Assembly (NCBI GenBank): GCA_048629905.1
Contig: JAIWHF010000002.1
Span: 1 to 41,902, forward strand
DNA length: 41,902 nt
Reading direction: 5' to 3'
From: Methanosarcinales archaeon
GTDB taxonomy: Bacteria > Chloroflexota > Anaerolineae > Anaerolineales > E44-bin32
Shown here: positions 17,585 to 26,742 of the stretch, piece after piece
How positions within the stretch are numbered: position 1 is the first letter of the stretch
Layout of the letters: each line of letters opens with the position of its first letter
Made by a program: the position numbers and the translations under genes
Notes under the pieces: model-generated
The model's database searches: none
Told to the model about the DNA's origin: nothing
What the model saw: only the letters and a program-made list of their open reading frames with translations

Positions 17585-18007
17585 ATGAATAAGGAGTACG
17601 ATTCAAAACAATGGGTGATGAAGATGTCGGGCGAGAGTGACGCCTGGGATCGACAGGCCTTAGAAGGTTTGGGTTGGCGTGTTGTACGGCGATCCCATGC
17701 TTGGCGTCCCCCTACCGATGTTCTGGAAACAGATGATGAGATTGTCGTGGTTGTTGAGATTGGCGGCATGCGTGGTTTGAACATATCTGTAATCTTTGAG
17801 CGTCAGGTTTTATCTATCCGCGGGACCCGCCCAGATACAAACATCTGTAAAACCTATCACCAGATGGAAATCGATTACGGCGAATTCGCTTCCGAGGTTA
17901 AAGTTCCATTGCGGGTTGATTCTGACAAGATCGAAGCAACGTACAGCGATGGTTTTCTAAAGGTCGTTCTCCCCAAAGCAACCCCCCGTGAGATAGATAT
18001 CAAGTGA
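17585..18007 (+). CDS. Hsp20/alpha-crystallin family small heat-shock protein
   Basis: Motifs WRPPTDVLETDDEIVVVVEIGG, YGEFASEVKVP and ATYSDGFLKVVLPK. ATG 17585 follows GAGAGGTG (the ORF track starts at GTG 17576). Confidence 0.88.
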   Translation: MNKEYDSKQWVMKMSGESDAWDRQALEGLGWRVVRRSHAWRPPTDVLETDDEIVVVVEIGGMRGLNISVIFERQVLSIRGTRPDTNICKTYHQMEIDYGEFASEVKVPLRVDSDKIEATYSDGFLKVVLPKATPREIDIK

Positions 18008-18091
18008 TGCCGGGAAATTTGATATCAAGGACTTCCGAGAAGATAGATAGCAGGGGGTATCATTATTAACTTAGAAGAGCTTATTATTTCA

Positions 18092-20665
18092 TTGGAACCC
18101 ATTGACGCTGAGGAAAGTATGCACAATTTCTCATCACAGATCCCAGTTCACGACGGAGTAATTGAGGGGGAGCCACAGGAAGTCAAGAGTCAGGGACCTG
18201 AGGAATTGCAGATCCCGGAAGATCTCCCGATTTTGCCCCTTCGAGGGGTTGTTGTTTATCCACACACTGCCATGCCGTTAACGATTGGGCAGGCGCGCTC
18301 GATCAAGTTAATCGATGATGTCTCCGCCAACCATCGCTTGATCGGACTTGTCGCTTCTCGGAATCCCGAGTTGGAGATTCCCGGACCTGAAGATTTGTAT
18401 TCGTTCGGCACAGTGGCATCAATACAGAGGTTGTTCAGGGCACCGGATGGGACTATTCGTCTGATCGCCAGGGGAATAGCTCGTTTCGAACTGGGGGTTT
18501 TCACCAGCCATGAACCTTACCTCGTTGCGCGTATCTACCTCCGGCCCGAAAAGGTGGAAGAGAGTGTTGAAATCGAGGCGCAGGTCCGGGCAGCGAAAGA
18601 TCTCTTCCAGCAGATTTCAGAGATCGGCCCCTCACTCCCGCGTGAAATTGTCGGGGGTGTCCAGCTTCTTGAAGATCCGCTCCAAGTCGCATACACGATT
18701 GCGAATTACCAGCGAATGGACCTGAATGATGGGCAGCGCATCCTCGAGGTGGAATCGACGATAGAGAAGCTGCAAATCCTCACCAATCTGCTCAGCCGTG
18801 AGGTCGAGGTGCTTTCCCTTGGACAGCAAATTCAGCAGGAAGCACGAACCGAGATCGAAAAGGTACAGCGTGAATATTTCCTGCGAGAGCAGCTAAAAGC
18901 TATCCAACGTGAACTGGGTGAAGGTGATGAGCAAACGGTAGAAATTGAGGAATTCCGCAAGCGGATAGCAGCAGCAAATATGCCGGAGGAAGCTGAGAAG
19001 CAAGCCCGGCGAGAGCTCGAACGGCTTGCGAAGCTGCCAACAGCCGCGGCTGAATATGGTGTGATCAGGACATACCTCGATTGGTTAACCACTGTTCCAT
19101 GGGATAACGTCACTCAAGATAACCTCGATCTGAAGCATGCACGTGAGGTTCTCAATGAGGATCATTTTGGGCTCGTCGACATCAAACAACGCATCCTGGA
19201 ATACCTTGCAGTTCGAAAATTGAAGCTAGAACGCGGGGATACGATCGGAGGCGAGGAGATCGACGAAATCCGCCGTGAGAGAGAAGGCGTGATCCTTTGT
19301 TTTGTGGGGCCTCCGGGTGTGGGGAAAACATCTCTTGGACGATCGATCGCTCGAGCGATGGGCCGTAAATTCATCCGCATCTCGCTTGGGGGTGTTCACG
19401 ATGAAGCCGAGATACGCGGGCATCGCCGAACGTACATCGGCGCGATGCCCGGGCGCATCCTTCAAGCACTACGCCGTGCGGAATCCCACAATCCTGTTTT
19501 TATGCTCGACGAGATCGATAAAATGGGTCGCGATTTCCGTGGAGACCCTGCTTCGGCCTTGCTTGAGGTCCTCGATCCGGAGCAAAATCGAGAATTTCGT
19601 GACCATTACCTGGAAGTTGCATATGATCTCTCGCAGGTGATGTTCATCACGACAGCGAATTGGCTTGAGACGATCCCCGCACCTTTACTTGATCGAATGG
19701 AAGTCATCCGCATCTCTGGCTACACAGAGAGCGAGAAGATCGCAATTGCCAAAGGATATCTCATCCCCCGGCAGATCCGAGAGAATGGTCTCAAGAAGAG
19801 TGAGATAAGCTTCACAGATGCAGCTTTGCGTACTATCATCCGATCACACACACGTGAAGCAGGTGTGCGCAATCTCGAGCGTGAAATCGGCCGCATTTGC
19901 CGAGGAGTCGCGACCAGGATTGCTGAGGGGACAGCAAAGAAATTGAAGATCACCGGGCCGCGTGTGCGTGAATTCTTGAAGAAACCGCGCTTTTTCGGGA
20001 CCGAGGAACTCATCGAAAGAACCTCGATCCCTGGAGTGGCAACGGGACTGGCTTACACTATGGCTGGTGGCGATGTGCTATTCATCGAGGCAACGGCAAT
20101 GCCTGGCGGTAAGAAGTTCCAGTTAACGGGGTCGCTGGGCCAAATCATGCAGGAGTCAGCCCAGGCCGCGCTCTCCTATGTTCGCTCGGTGTCCGATAGA
20201 TACTCCATTGAAGATAAATACTGGAGTGAGCACGATATCCACTTGCATGTCCCGACTGGAGCGCAACCCAAGGATGGTCCATCTGCAGGTGTGACGATGG
20301 CTGTGGCGCTGACATCTCTGGCTACCGGACGTCCGGTTCGATCGGAAGTTGGGATGACCGGGGAGGTCACACTGCGCGGAAAGATCCTTCCGATTGGAGG
20401 TGTAAAGGAGAAAGTTCTGGCAGCCCATCGAGCTGGGTTAAAGACGGTAATGCTGCCAAAGAGGAACGAATTAGATTTAGAAGATGTACCCGACGAGGTC
20501 AGGAAAGATATTGAATTTGTTTACATCGATACGATCGATGAGGCTATTGAGACGGCTCTGAAACCGAAGAAGAAACGCAAGAGCCGCAGTGCTTCTAAGA
20601 ATAAAGGAGCCCGGTCCACAAAATCAAAAACCAACGAGAAATCGTCAAAAGGAAAAAGCTCATAA
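18092..20665 (+). CDS. lon: ATP-dependent Lon protease (LonA) with a polybasic C-terminal tail
   Basis: LON N-domain (LPILPLRGVVVYPHTAMPLTIGQ), Walker A GPPGVGKTS, Walker B FMLDEIDK, and protease motif PKDGPSAGVTM. Start is TTG 18092 or ATG 18119 (after GAGGAAAG). Confidence 0.95.
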   Translation: MEPIDAEESMHNFSSQIPVHDGVIEGEPQEVKSQGPEELQIPEDLPILPLRGVVVYPHTAMPLTIGQARSIKLIDDVSANHRLIGLVASRNPELEIPGPEDLYSFGTVASIQRLFRAPDGTIRLIARGIARFELGVFTSHEPYLVARIYLRPEKVEESVEIEAQVRAAKDLFQQISEIGPSLPREIVGGVQLLEDPLQVAYTIANYQRMDLNDGQRILEVESTIEKLQILTNLLSREVEVLSLGQQIQQEARTEIEKVQREYFLREQLKAIQRELGEGDEQTVEIEEFRKRIAAANMPEEAEKQARRELERLAKLPTAAAEYGVIRTYLDWLTTVPWDNVTQDNLDLKHAREVLNEDHFGLVDIKQRILEYLAVRKLKLERGDTIGGEEIDEIRREREGVILCFVGPPGVGKTSLGRSIARAMGRKFIRISLGGVHDEAEIRGHRRTYIGAMPGRILQALRRAESHNPVFMLDEIDKMGRDFRGDPASALLEVLDPEQNREFRDHYLEVAYDLSQVMFITTANWLETIPAPLLDRMEVIRISGYTESEKIAIAKGYLIPRQIRENGLKKSEISFTDAALRTIIRSHTREAGVRNLEREIGRICRGVATRIAEGTAKKLKITGPRVREFLKKPRFFGTEELIERTSIPGVATGLAYTMAGGDVLFIEATAMPGGKKFQLTGSLGQIMQESAQAALSYVRSVSDRYSIEDKYWSEHDIHLHVPTGAQPKDGPSAGVTMAVALTSLATGRPVRSEVGMTGEVTLRGKILPIGGVKEKVLAAHRAGLKTVMLPKRNELDLEDVPDEVRKDIEFVYIDTIDEAIETALKPKKKRKSRSASKNKGARSTKSKTNEKSSKGKSS

Positions 20666-20714
20666 AGGGGAAGCCACCAGCCAGGCGAAATTGACCCCCG
20701 GATAAAGAGCGCTG

Positions 20715-21080
20715 ATGCCGAAAGTATTGATTATTGACGACGACGAATCGATAACCTCGCTCCTGATTACTCTCTTGAAGCTTGAAGGATATCAGGCATT
20801 CGAGAGCAGGGACTGGGCAGTGTTACCGGGTATCTGTATCGATGAAAAACCAGACCTGGTGTTGATGGACTGTAATCTCTCCGATAGGAACGGGTTAGAT
20901 ATACTGGCTGAAATTCGATCGAATCCTTTGCTAGTCGATCTGCCCATCATTATGACCTCGGGGATAGATTTGAGTGATGAGAGTAAGTTGAAAGGAGCGG
21001 ATGGCTTTCTCTTGAAACCCTATTCGCCTGACCTGCTCTTGGAGACAATTAAGAATAAAATTTCTGGTGGTGGAGAGTAG
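20715..21080 (+). CDS. Single-domain response regulator (CheY-like receiver)
   Basis: Motifs VLIIDDDE, DLVLMDCNLSDRNG, PIIMTSG and GFLLKP. No output domain, and no histidine kinase in the window. Confidence 0.88.
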   Translation: MPKVLIIDDDESITSLLITLLKLEGYQAFESRDWAVLPGICIDEKPDLVLMDCNLSDRNGLDILAEIRSNPLLVDLPIIMTSGIDLSDESKLKGADGFLLKPYSPDLLLETIKNKISGGGE

Positions 21081-21119
21081 AACGGTTCTTTCATCACCTC
21101 GATTGGAGAATATTATTTC

Positions 21120-22847
21120 GTGGCTAGAAGACAAAGTAAGAATACAGCCAAACAGTGGCGATTAATGGATTTACATTTACACACGCCGGCATCAAGTGAT
21201 TATCATGAGCCGGATGTAACCTATTTGGATATATTACACAGGAGTGAAGCGCGTGGTCTCGACATCATCGCTTTCACCGATCACAACACTGTTGCCGGTT
21301 ATCGACAGATGATGGATGAGATCCAGCAGTTAGAGATGCTGGAATCCCTTAGCAGGCTCACCGAAGATGAGCGAAATCGTCTTCAAGAATACCGCCGGTT
21401 ATTACAAAAGGTTACGGTTTTTCCCGGGTTTGAATTCACGGCTACGCTGGGTTTTCATATTCTAGGGGTTTTTTCCCCTGAGAAATCCGTGAGAGAAATT
21501 GAGCATCTTCTGCTCAGTCTGAACATCCCATCGGAGCAGCTTGACGACGGCTCAGTGACAGTGGGAGCAACTGCGGATGTTCTAACGGCTTACCGGTTGA
21601 TCGATGAAGCAGGAGGATTGGCGATCGCCGCGCACGCGAATTCAACCCATGGGGTTGCGATGCGGGGCTATGGATTCGGCGGTCAGACTAAGATTGCCTA
21701 TACCCAGGATCCTCACCTTCATGCGTTGGAGGTTACTGATTTAGGACTGAAGGGTCGGAGAACCACGGCTGCGTTTTTTAACGGAACAAAGCCAGAATAC
21801 CCACGTCGAATGCACTGTATTCAAGGTTCGGATGCCCACAGAATTCGCACAGATCCGAAGAATAAGAAGAACCTCGGCGTTGGGGATCGAGCGACCCAAG
21901 CAATGCTGCCTGATGTTTCTTTCCAGGCGTTGAAAGAACTGTTTATCAGCAATGACTTCGCGCTCACGCGCCCACATTGGCCCGCAGCTGAAGAAGATTA
22001 CGATTTTATTCAACGTGCACGTGAAGACGGACCGAGCATAAACCAAGATTTTCATGAAAGCATGACCGTGCGCGGGGGGCGACTTTATAAAGTCATCGCT
22101 GATGTCTGTGCCTTCGCAAATTCAAACGGCGGAACGCTTTATATCGGTTTGCCGGCTGAGGCGAAGAAAGAGCCGGTGGGGGTGACAAAGGCTAAGGCCA
22201 GTGTTAATCAGCTCCAGAAGGAGTTAAGTAAACGCATCAGCCCCGCCCTCGATGTTCAAGTGGACACGATGGAAACACGTGGAAAAACGGTCATTCGGGT
22301 GATCATCCCCCCGGGTGATGACCCGCCCTATGCAGTCGATGATAATAAAGTCTACGTACGCGATGAAGCAGAAACAGGGCTCGCAGTTCGCGATGAAATC
22401 GTGAACCTGGTGCATCGAGGAAAGCGAGGGCAGCGGGTAGAAGCGGATGTTCCTGAGAAGCTGGAAGTCACCGAGGAACCTCTTGCTGGTGTTCAACACC
22501 CACGAACCGGAGTAGAAATCGTGGGGTCGGAAGAACGCAATGGGATCCAGTACTACACAATGCGTGATTTGCGTAATGGAAATGTAGTCAAGAATGTCAC
22601 CCAGAGTTCTGCACGGAGGCTATGGCATTACGCTATTTCGGAATTTCGAAAGTTACCAGAGGACCTGAAGGGTGTTAAAGTTTCATGGCGAGGCGATCTG
22701 GGAGTGTTGAAGGAGCAGAAGCGCGGTACCCGAAGGCGTTATGACTTGATCCAAAAGACAGCTCAGGAACATCGTGTTTACTTCGGGGTGACCGAAGACG
22801 GTATTCATGGTGATTGGAAAGCGCTGGTCGAACCTGAGGGGGGGTAA
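21120..22847 (+). CDS. PHP-domain phosphoesterase fused to an AlbA_2 (Schlafen-type) domain plus an unassigned C-terminal domain
   Basis: GTG start after GGAGA. PHP motifs are DLHLHTPASSDYH, IAFTDHNT, IAAHANSTHG and IQGSDAHR. The AlbA_2 signature is VCAFANSNGGTLYIGL...GKTVIRVIIPPGDDPPYAVDDNKVYVRDEAETGLAVRDEI. The last ~130 aa are unassigned. Confidence 0.75.
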   Translation: MARRQSKNTAKQWRLMDLHLHTPASSDYHEPDVTYLDILHRSEARGLDIIAFTDHNTVAGYRQMMDEIQQLEMLESLSRLTEDERNRLQEYRRLLQKVTVFPGFEFTATLGFHILGVFSPEKSVREIEHLLLSLNIPSEQLDDGSVTVGATADVLTAYRLIDEAGGLAIAAHANSTHGVAMRGYGFGGQTKIAYTQDPHLHALEVTDLGLKGRRTTAAFFNGTKPEYPRRMHCIQGSDAHRIRTDPKNKKNLGVGDRATQAMLPDVSFQALKELFISNDFALTRPHWPAAEEDYDFIQRAREDGPSINQDFHESMTVRGGRLYKVIADVCAFANSNGGTLYIGLPAEAKKEPVGVTKAKASVNQLQKELSKRISPALDVQVDTMETRGKTVIRVIIPPGDDPPYAVDDNKVYVRDEAETGLAVRDEIVNLVHRGKRGQRVEADVPEKLEVTEEPLAGVQHPRTGVEIVGSEERNGIQYYTMRDLRNGNVVKNVTQSSARRLWHYAISEFRKLPEDLKGVKVSWRGDLGVLKEQKRGTRRRYDLIQKTAQEHRVYFGVTEDGIHGDWKALVEPEGG

Positions 22848-22906
22848 AACTGGCTTTATCCACTGGTATCTCCTACTGCAGTTTTGAAGAACTTGGTTAA
22901 CTTTAT

Positions 22907-22934
22907 GTGCGAACCAGAGACGTCTGGTTCGCAC
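22907..22934 (+). terminator. Perfect 12-bp stem hairpin (GTGCGAACCAGA-GACG-TCTGGTTCGCAC) after the PHP-AlbA_2 gene
   Basis: Inverted repeat read directly. The T-tract is weak. The hairpin occupies the 5' extension of ORF 22907-23380, which argues against that start. Confidence 0.5.
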
Positions 22935-22960
22935 AAGTCTTAATATTTAGGGTTGGATGG

Positions 22961-23380
22961 ATGAAAATCCGCGAATTTCTCTTTGAACAAGATTACGAAG
23001 AAGTACGTATGCTGTGGGAATCATCGGGCCCTGGCATTCAGTTATCGCCATCGGACACGCCACAAGAAATTCAGAAGAAGCTCCAACGCGATCCCGATCT
23101 TTTTCTTGTCGCCGAGCAAGATGGACGGATTATCGGCACGGTTTTTGGGGGTTTCGACGGTCGCCGTGGGATCGTCTATCACCTGGCTGTGCTGCAATCT
23201 GAGCAACGAAGCGGAATTGGCCGCTCGTTGATGGTTGAGATTGAGAATCGCTTGCGGTCTAAAGGCTGCCGGAAGTATTATCTACTGGTTACGAAAGACA
23301 ATGAGGCTGCGTTGGAGTTCTATGATTCGTTTGGAGCTGAAGTGATGGATCTATATGTTCTGGGGAAGGTGATCCAGTGA
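22961..23380 (+). CDS. GNAT family N-acetyltransferase
   Basis: Motif LAVLQSEQRSGIGRSLM. Internal ATG 22961 is chosen because it lies downstream of the hairpin. Confidence 0.8.
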   Translation: MKIREFLFEQDYEEVRMLWESSGPGIQLSPSDTPQEIQKKLQRDPDLFLVAEQDGRIIGTVFGGFDGRRGIVYHLAVLQSEQRSGIGRSLMVEIENRLRSKGCRKYYLLVTKDNEAALEFYDSFGAEVMDLYVLGKVIQ

Positions 23381-23892
23381 GAATTGCTGTTCTCACGATC
23401 TCGGATCGGTCTGCACAGGGAGAGCGCGAAGATCGATCTGGACCACTCATCCAAGAGATTGCCCTCAAGCGAGGGTGGGAAGTGATCGCAGCCGATATTA
23501 TCGCTGATGAGCAGGTTGAAATCGAGGAGCAGCTTGCGTCCTGGTGTGATAGCAGTGAAATCGACCTCATTCTGACTACCGGCGGCACAGGATTCTCCCG
23601 GCGCGATCGAACCCCTGAGGCGACTCGAAATGTTGTGGAGAGACTGGCGCCGGGGCTGACGGAGGCGATGCGGGCGCGAAGTATGAGTAAGACTCCTCAC
23701 GCAATGCTGTCTCGAGCGGTTGCTGGGATCCGCAAAAGCACATTAATTGTGAACTTACCCGGCTCACCGAAGGCTGTCGAGGAGAATTTGGAAGTGATCA
23801 TCCCCGCGCTGCCCCATGCAATTCAACTTCTGCGCGAAGACCCGGATGCGGAGCAAGGCCATCATCTGCCCCCTCCACATCAAATAGCCTGA
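23377..23892 (+). CDS. mog: Molybdopterin adenylyltransferase MogA
   Basis: Motifs IAVLTISDR, LILTTGGTGFSRRDRTPEAT, AMLSRAVAGIRKSTLIVNLPGSPKA. GTGA start/stop overlap with the upstream GNAT gene. Confidence 0.88.
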   Translation: MRIAVLTISDRSAQGEREDRSGPLIQEIALKRGWEVIAADIIADEQVEIEEQLASWCDSSEIDLILTTGGTGFSRRDRTPEATRNVVERLAPGLTEAMRARSMSKTPHAMLSRAVAGIRKSTLIVNLPGSPKAVEENLEVIIPALPHAIQLLREDPDAEQGHHLPPPHQIA

Positions 23893-23908
23893 TCCTATGG
23901 AGGAGAGA

Positions 23909-25213
23909 ATGTCATCCAACAAGAAGTACCGCTGGTACGTTATGGCAGTGTTTTTTGCCTTCATGCTCTTGCATCAATCGGACCGTCTCCTCATCGCGCC
24001 GCTCACAACGCCCATCATGGAGACATTCGGGATAAACGAAGCACAGATGGGCGCAGTTGTGACTGGCGCCTTATTGGTCGGTGCATTTCTTTATCCACTA
24101 TGGGGTTACCTTTATGACCGTTTTTCTAGGCCCAAATTGCTGGCGCTCGCCTCAGCGATATGGGGGTCGACGACGTGGTTGAGCGCCATTGCGCCGACGT
24201 ATAAAACCTTCTTAGCAACACGTGCATCTACGGGTGTTGATGACTCGAGCTACCCGGGTTTATACAGTTTGCTGTCGGATTACTTCAAACCAAGCATGCG
24301 CGGCAAAGTCTATGGGTTTGTGCAATTATCCCAACCCTTAGGTTACATGCTCGGTCTCGTTGTAGCGACTTTTTTGGTTTCGAGTGTGGGTTGGAGAAAT
24401 ATCTTCTATGTGACGGGTTCTCTCGGTATCGTTATGGCGCTGATTATATTCTTCACGGTGCGTGAAGCGCCGCGTGGCAGCAGCGAGCCTGAGTTCGAGG
24501 GGGTTGAGGATATTGGTGTTCATAAATTCGAACGAAAGCATGCCCTGGGTCTATTCCGAAAACGCTCACTCCTGTTGCTGTTCGCTCAGGGGTTCGTCGG
24601 TGTCTTTCCCTGGACTGTAATAACTTTCTGGTTTTTCCGGTATTTAGAAGTCGAGCGAGGTTACGATGAAAGTGCGATCCTGCTCACGCTTGGCCCAGCT
24701 ATTCTTATGCTCGCATTCGGCTACTTCCTCGGTGGGGTGGTAGGCGACTTCGCCTTCAAACGAACACCTAGAGGGAGATTGCTCGTTGCGATGAGTGCTG
24801 TTTTGCTAGGCGCAGTGCTGCTTACGATCACGATGAATGTTCCCATAGCAGAGCGCGGCCTATTCGCGGGTCTGATGATCTTGACGGCGTTGTTCATTCC
24901 CTTTTCATCGGCGAATGTTATCTCAACAGTGCACGATATCACGCTGCCTGAAATCCGCAGCACTGCTTTATCCGTTCAGCTATTCATCGAGAACGGTGGC
25001 GCGGCAATAGCTCCCTTTGTCGCCGGTTTGATTGCGGTGCGCTATTCTCTGCACGATGCAATTCTGTGGATATGCGTCATAGCCTGGGTGCTGGCAGCGA
25101 TAATCCTGGCTTTTGCGGCTTACAAGGTACCGGAGGATGTCTACAGCCTGCGCGAAGAAATGCAAGAGCGAGCCCTGAGTGAGCAGGAAGCTCCAGCGCT
25201 CGGGAAGATATGA
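23909..25213 (+). CDS. MFS transporter
   Basis: About 12 predicted hydrophobic helices. MFS loop motif GYLYDRFSRPKLL. ATG 23909 follows GGAGGAGAG (the ORF track starts at 23897). Confidence 0.8.
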   Translation: MSSNKKYRWYVMAVFFAFMLLHQSDRLLIAPLTTPIMETFGINEAQMGAVVTGALLVGAFLYPLWGYLYDRFSRPKLLALASAIWGSTTWLSAIAPTYKTFLATRASTGVDDSSYPGLYSLLSDYFKPSMRGKVYGFVQLSQPLGYMLGLVVATFLVSSVGWRNIFYVTGSLGIVMALIIFFTVREAPRGSSEPEFEGVEDIGVHKFERKHALGLFRKRSLLLLFAQGFVGVFPWTVITFWFFRYLEVERGYDESAILLTLGPAILMLAFGYFLGGVVGDFAFKRTPRGRLLVAMSAVLLGAVLLTITMNVPIAERGLFAGLMILTALFIPFSSANVISTVHDITLPEIRSTALSVQLFIENGGAAIAPFVAGLIAVRYSLHDAILWICVIAWVLAAIILAFAAYKVPEDVYSLREEMQERALSEQEAPALGKI

Positions 25214-25277
25214 GGGTGATAACCGTTTGAGCGATGGTTATGGACGCCGCTCAAGTGCCCTGATCTGAGTCGGATTT

Positions 25278-26663
25278 ATGGTTGATCGAAACAAGGCGAT
25301 GAATCGGAAAGTCTTCGAGAGCGCAGAGAGCGCCTCCCCGGTGCTAACACGGCTCATTGCCGGGGTTCTTTCGGACCGTCCCGAGACCGTCTTTAACTTT
25401 AACGAGCTTGAGAAGATCGGGCTTGCCCTGCTTAATCGATTGCCTGTTTCGGTCGCCCGCACGGCTGTCCGCCAGCAGTTTCGATGGACAGCACTCTCTC
25501 CCCATGAAGCGGAAGAACTCCAGGTAGAACAACTCGTCGCTGCCCGTCTCGCTGACTATGATGGGGTCGATGGTAAATTCGATACGATTCTCGTGGGCAG
25601 CGCGATGGGTGGCGCCACGGCTCATCTCGCGGCGGTACTCGGCGCCCCATTTCTTCCCCAGCCATTTATCCTTGGCTTGCGAGGCGGGAGCCCCGAAGAC
25701 GAAGTGCCATCTCATCTTGCGCTCACTTCGCGCGTCGCCGAGCGGATTCTGGAAAGAAATCCGGAGGTCATGGCCATCGGACACTTCGATCCGATCCATG
25801 ATGGATGGCTCACGCGCGTCGTCAGTCATCTGCGGTTGAAGCTGATCGATTTGCCGCGAGGTTATCAGGAATTTCTTCAGAATAGGCTCAATGCAGGCGG
25901 TACGATCGTTTATCTCGATTGCGAAGCGCGCTGGCTGCACTACAAGCTAGGCGATCGACAGGTTTACCAAATCGGCGGCTGGGGAGGCATCTCCCCTGAG
26001 GAGTTCATTGAAGGAAGTGAACGTATCGATCGCGCGCTGGTGGAGTCTGGCTCAAAACACCGCGGGGGTTGGAGTATTCCGGGTCAAGAGCCCGTCGATG
26101 GACCTGAATCCGAGTGGGGGAGTGAGCCGGGACTCGACCAGGCATTGGAAGTCTTCGCCCGCGAGCAGGGATACGGTTTTGAGCGCATCACTTTCGACAA
26201 CCCGCAGGGGTTTTCGCGCCTGGCATTCCTCGCCCATGAGGAGCTTTACCGCCGGCAGGGACGCGAGGCAGAGGGCGTCGTGGTGGAGACCTTCACCCAA
26301 TATGACCCTCAACTCGTGCTCTCCTCGGGTCTGTTGCCTCTATGGTTGATCTTCAACACAACAGACAGCCGCGAATTTCTTGAGACGCAGCGCCAATTTT
26401 TCCCCCGCGGGAAGCCTGTTTATTTCAGCGGTCTGGTCACACTCTCGCGCACGCCGGACATGGTGCCGTGGGAGGGGTGGGCGCAGGCTTTAGATGGTTT
26501 CTCATGGACTAGCATCGGCGCCCGCCCGTCGCGATACCCCGAGGACCTTATCTCTCTGTGGCGATGGTCGGAACGGCTCCGTGATCTTGCGCCACCCTTA
26601 GAAGCTGTCAAACCCTCTACATTGCCGCTCTCCGCGCTGCTCGATCTCATTCCCCAGGTCTAA
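25278..26663 (+). CDS. Hypothetical protein (461 aa, soluble, no recognised domain)
   Basis: Long uninterrupted ORF with ordinary amino-acid composition. No motif I can assign. The antisense ORF 25344-25940 is treated as a shadow. Confidence 0.6.
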   Translation: MVDRNKAMNRKVFESAESASPVLTRLIAGVLSDRPETVFNFNELEKIGLALLNRLPVSVARTAVRQQFRWTALSPHEAEELQVEQLVAARLADYDGVDGKFDTILVGSAMGGATAHLAAVLGAPFLPQPFILGLRGGSPEDEVPSHLALTSRVAERILERNPEVMAIGHFDPIHDGWLTRVVSHLRLKLIDLPRGYQEFLQNRLNAGGTIVYLDCEARWLHYKLGDRQVYQIGGWGGISPEEFIEGSERIDRALVESGSKHRGGWSIPGQEPVDGPESEWGSEPGLDQALEVFAREQGYGFERITFDNPQGFSRLAFLAHEELYRRQGREAEGVVVETFTQYDPQLVLSSGLLPLWLIFNTTDSREFLETQRQFFPRGKPVYFSGLVTLSRTPDMVPWEGWAQALDGFSWTSIGARPSRYPEDLISLWRWSERLRDLAPPLEAVKPSTLPLSALLDLIPQV

Positions 26664-26708
26664 TCAACACATACAAAACTAGGGGCGACCCTGTGGTTTA
26701 GGCCATAC

Positions 26709-26737
26709 TTGACAAAATCTATCCAATAAGATATATT
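26709..26737 (+). promoter_or_regulatory. Sigma-70-type promoter of the csoR-copZ(-copA) operon: TTGACA-N17-TATATT
   Basis: -35 at 26709-26714 and -10 at 26732-26737, with exactly 17-nt spacing counted by hand. Confidence 0.6.
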
Positions 26738-26742
26738 ATTGC

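Noticed and set aside
17541-17587. A possible RNA thermometer in the hsp20 leader, in which AUGAUU at the predicted 5' end pairs with AAUCAU overlapping the start codon.
   Set aside because: It is only a 6-bp A/U-rich pairing. I saw no ROSE or fourU-like motif, and the transcription start is itself only predicted.
25344-25940. Long antisense ORFs opposite well-supported genes: 25344-25940, 32688-33212, 32812-33303, 11571-12110, 15557-16027, 9750-10229, 13873-14286, 7365-7751 and 28712-29095.
   Set aside because: Each lies entirely inside a gene with clear family motifs on the other strand. Their translations are Arg/Ser/Pro-rich and have no recognisable motifs. This is the expected shadow-ORF behaviour in GC-rich coding DNA.
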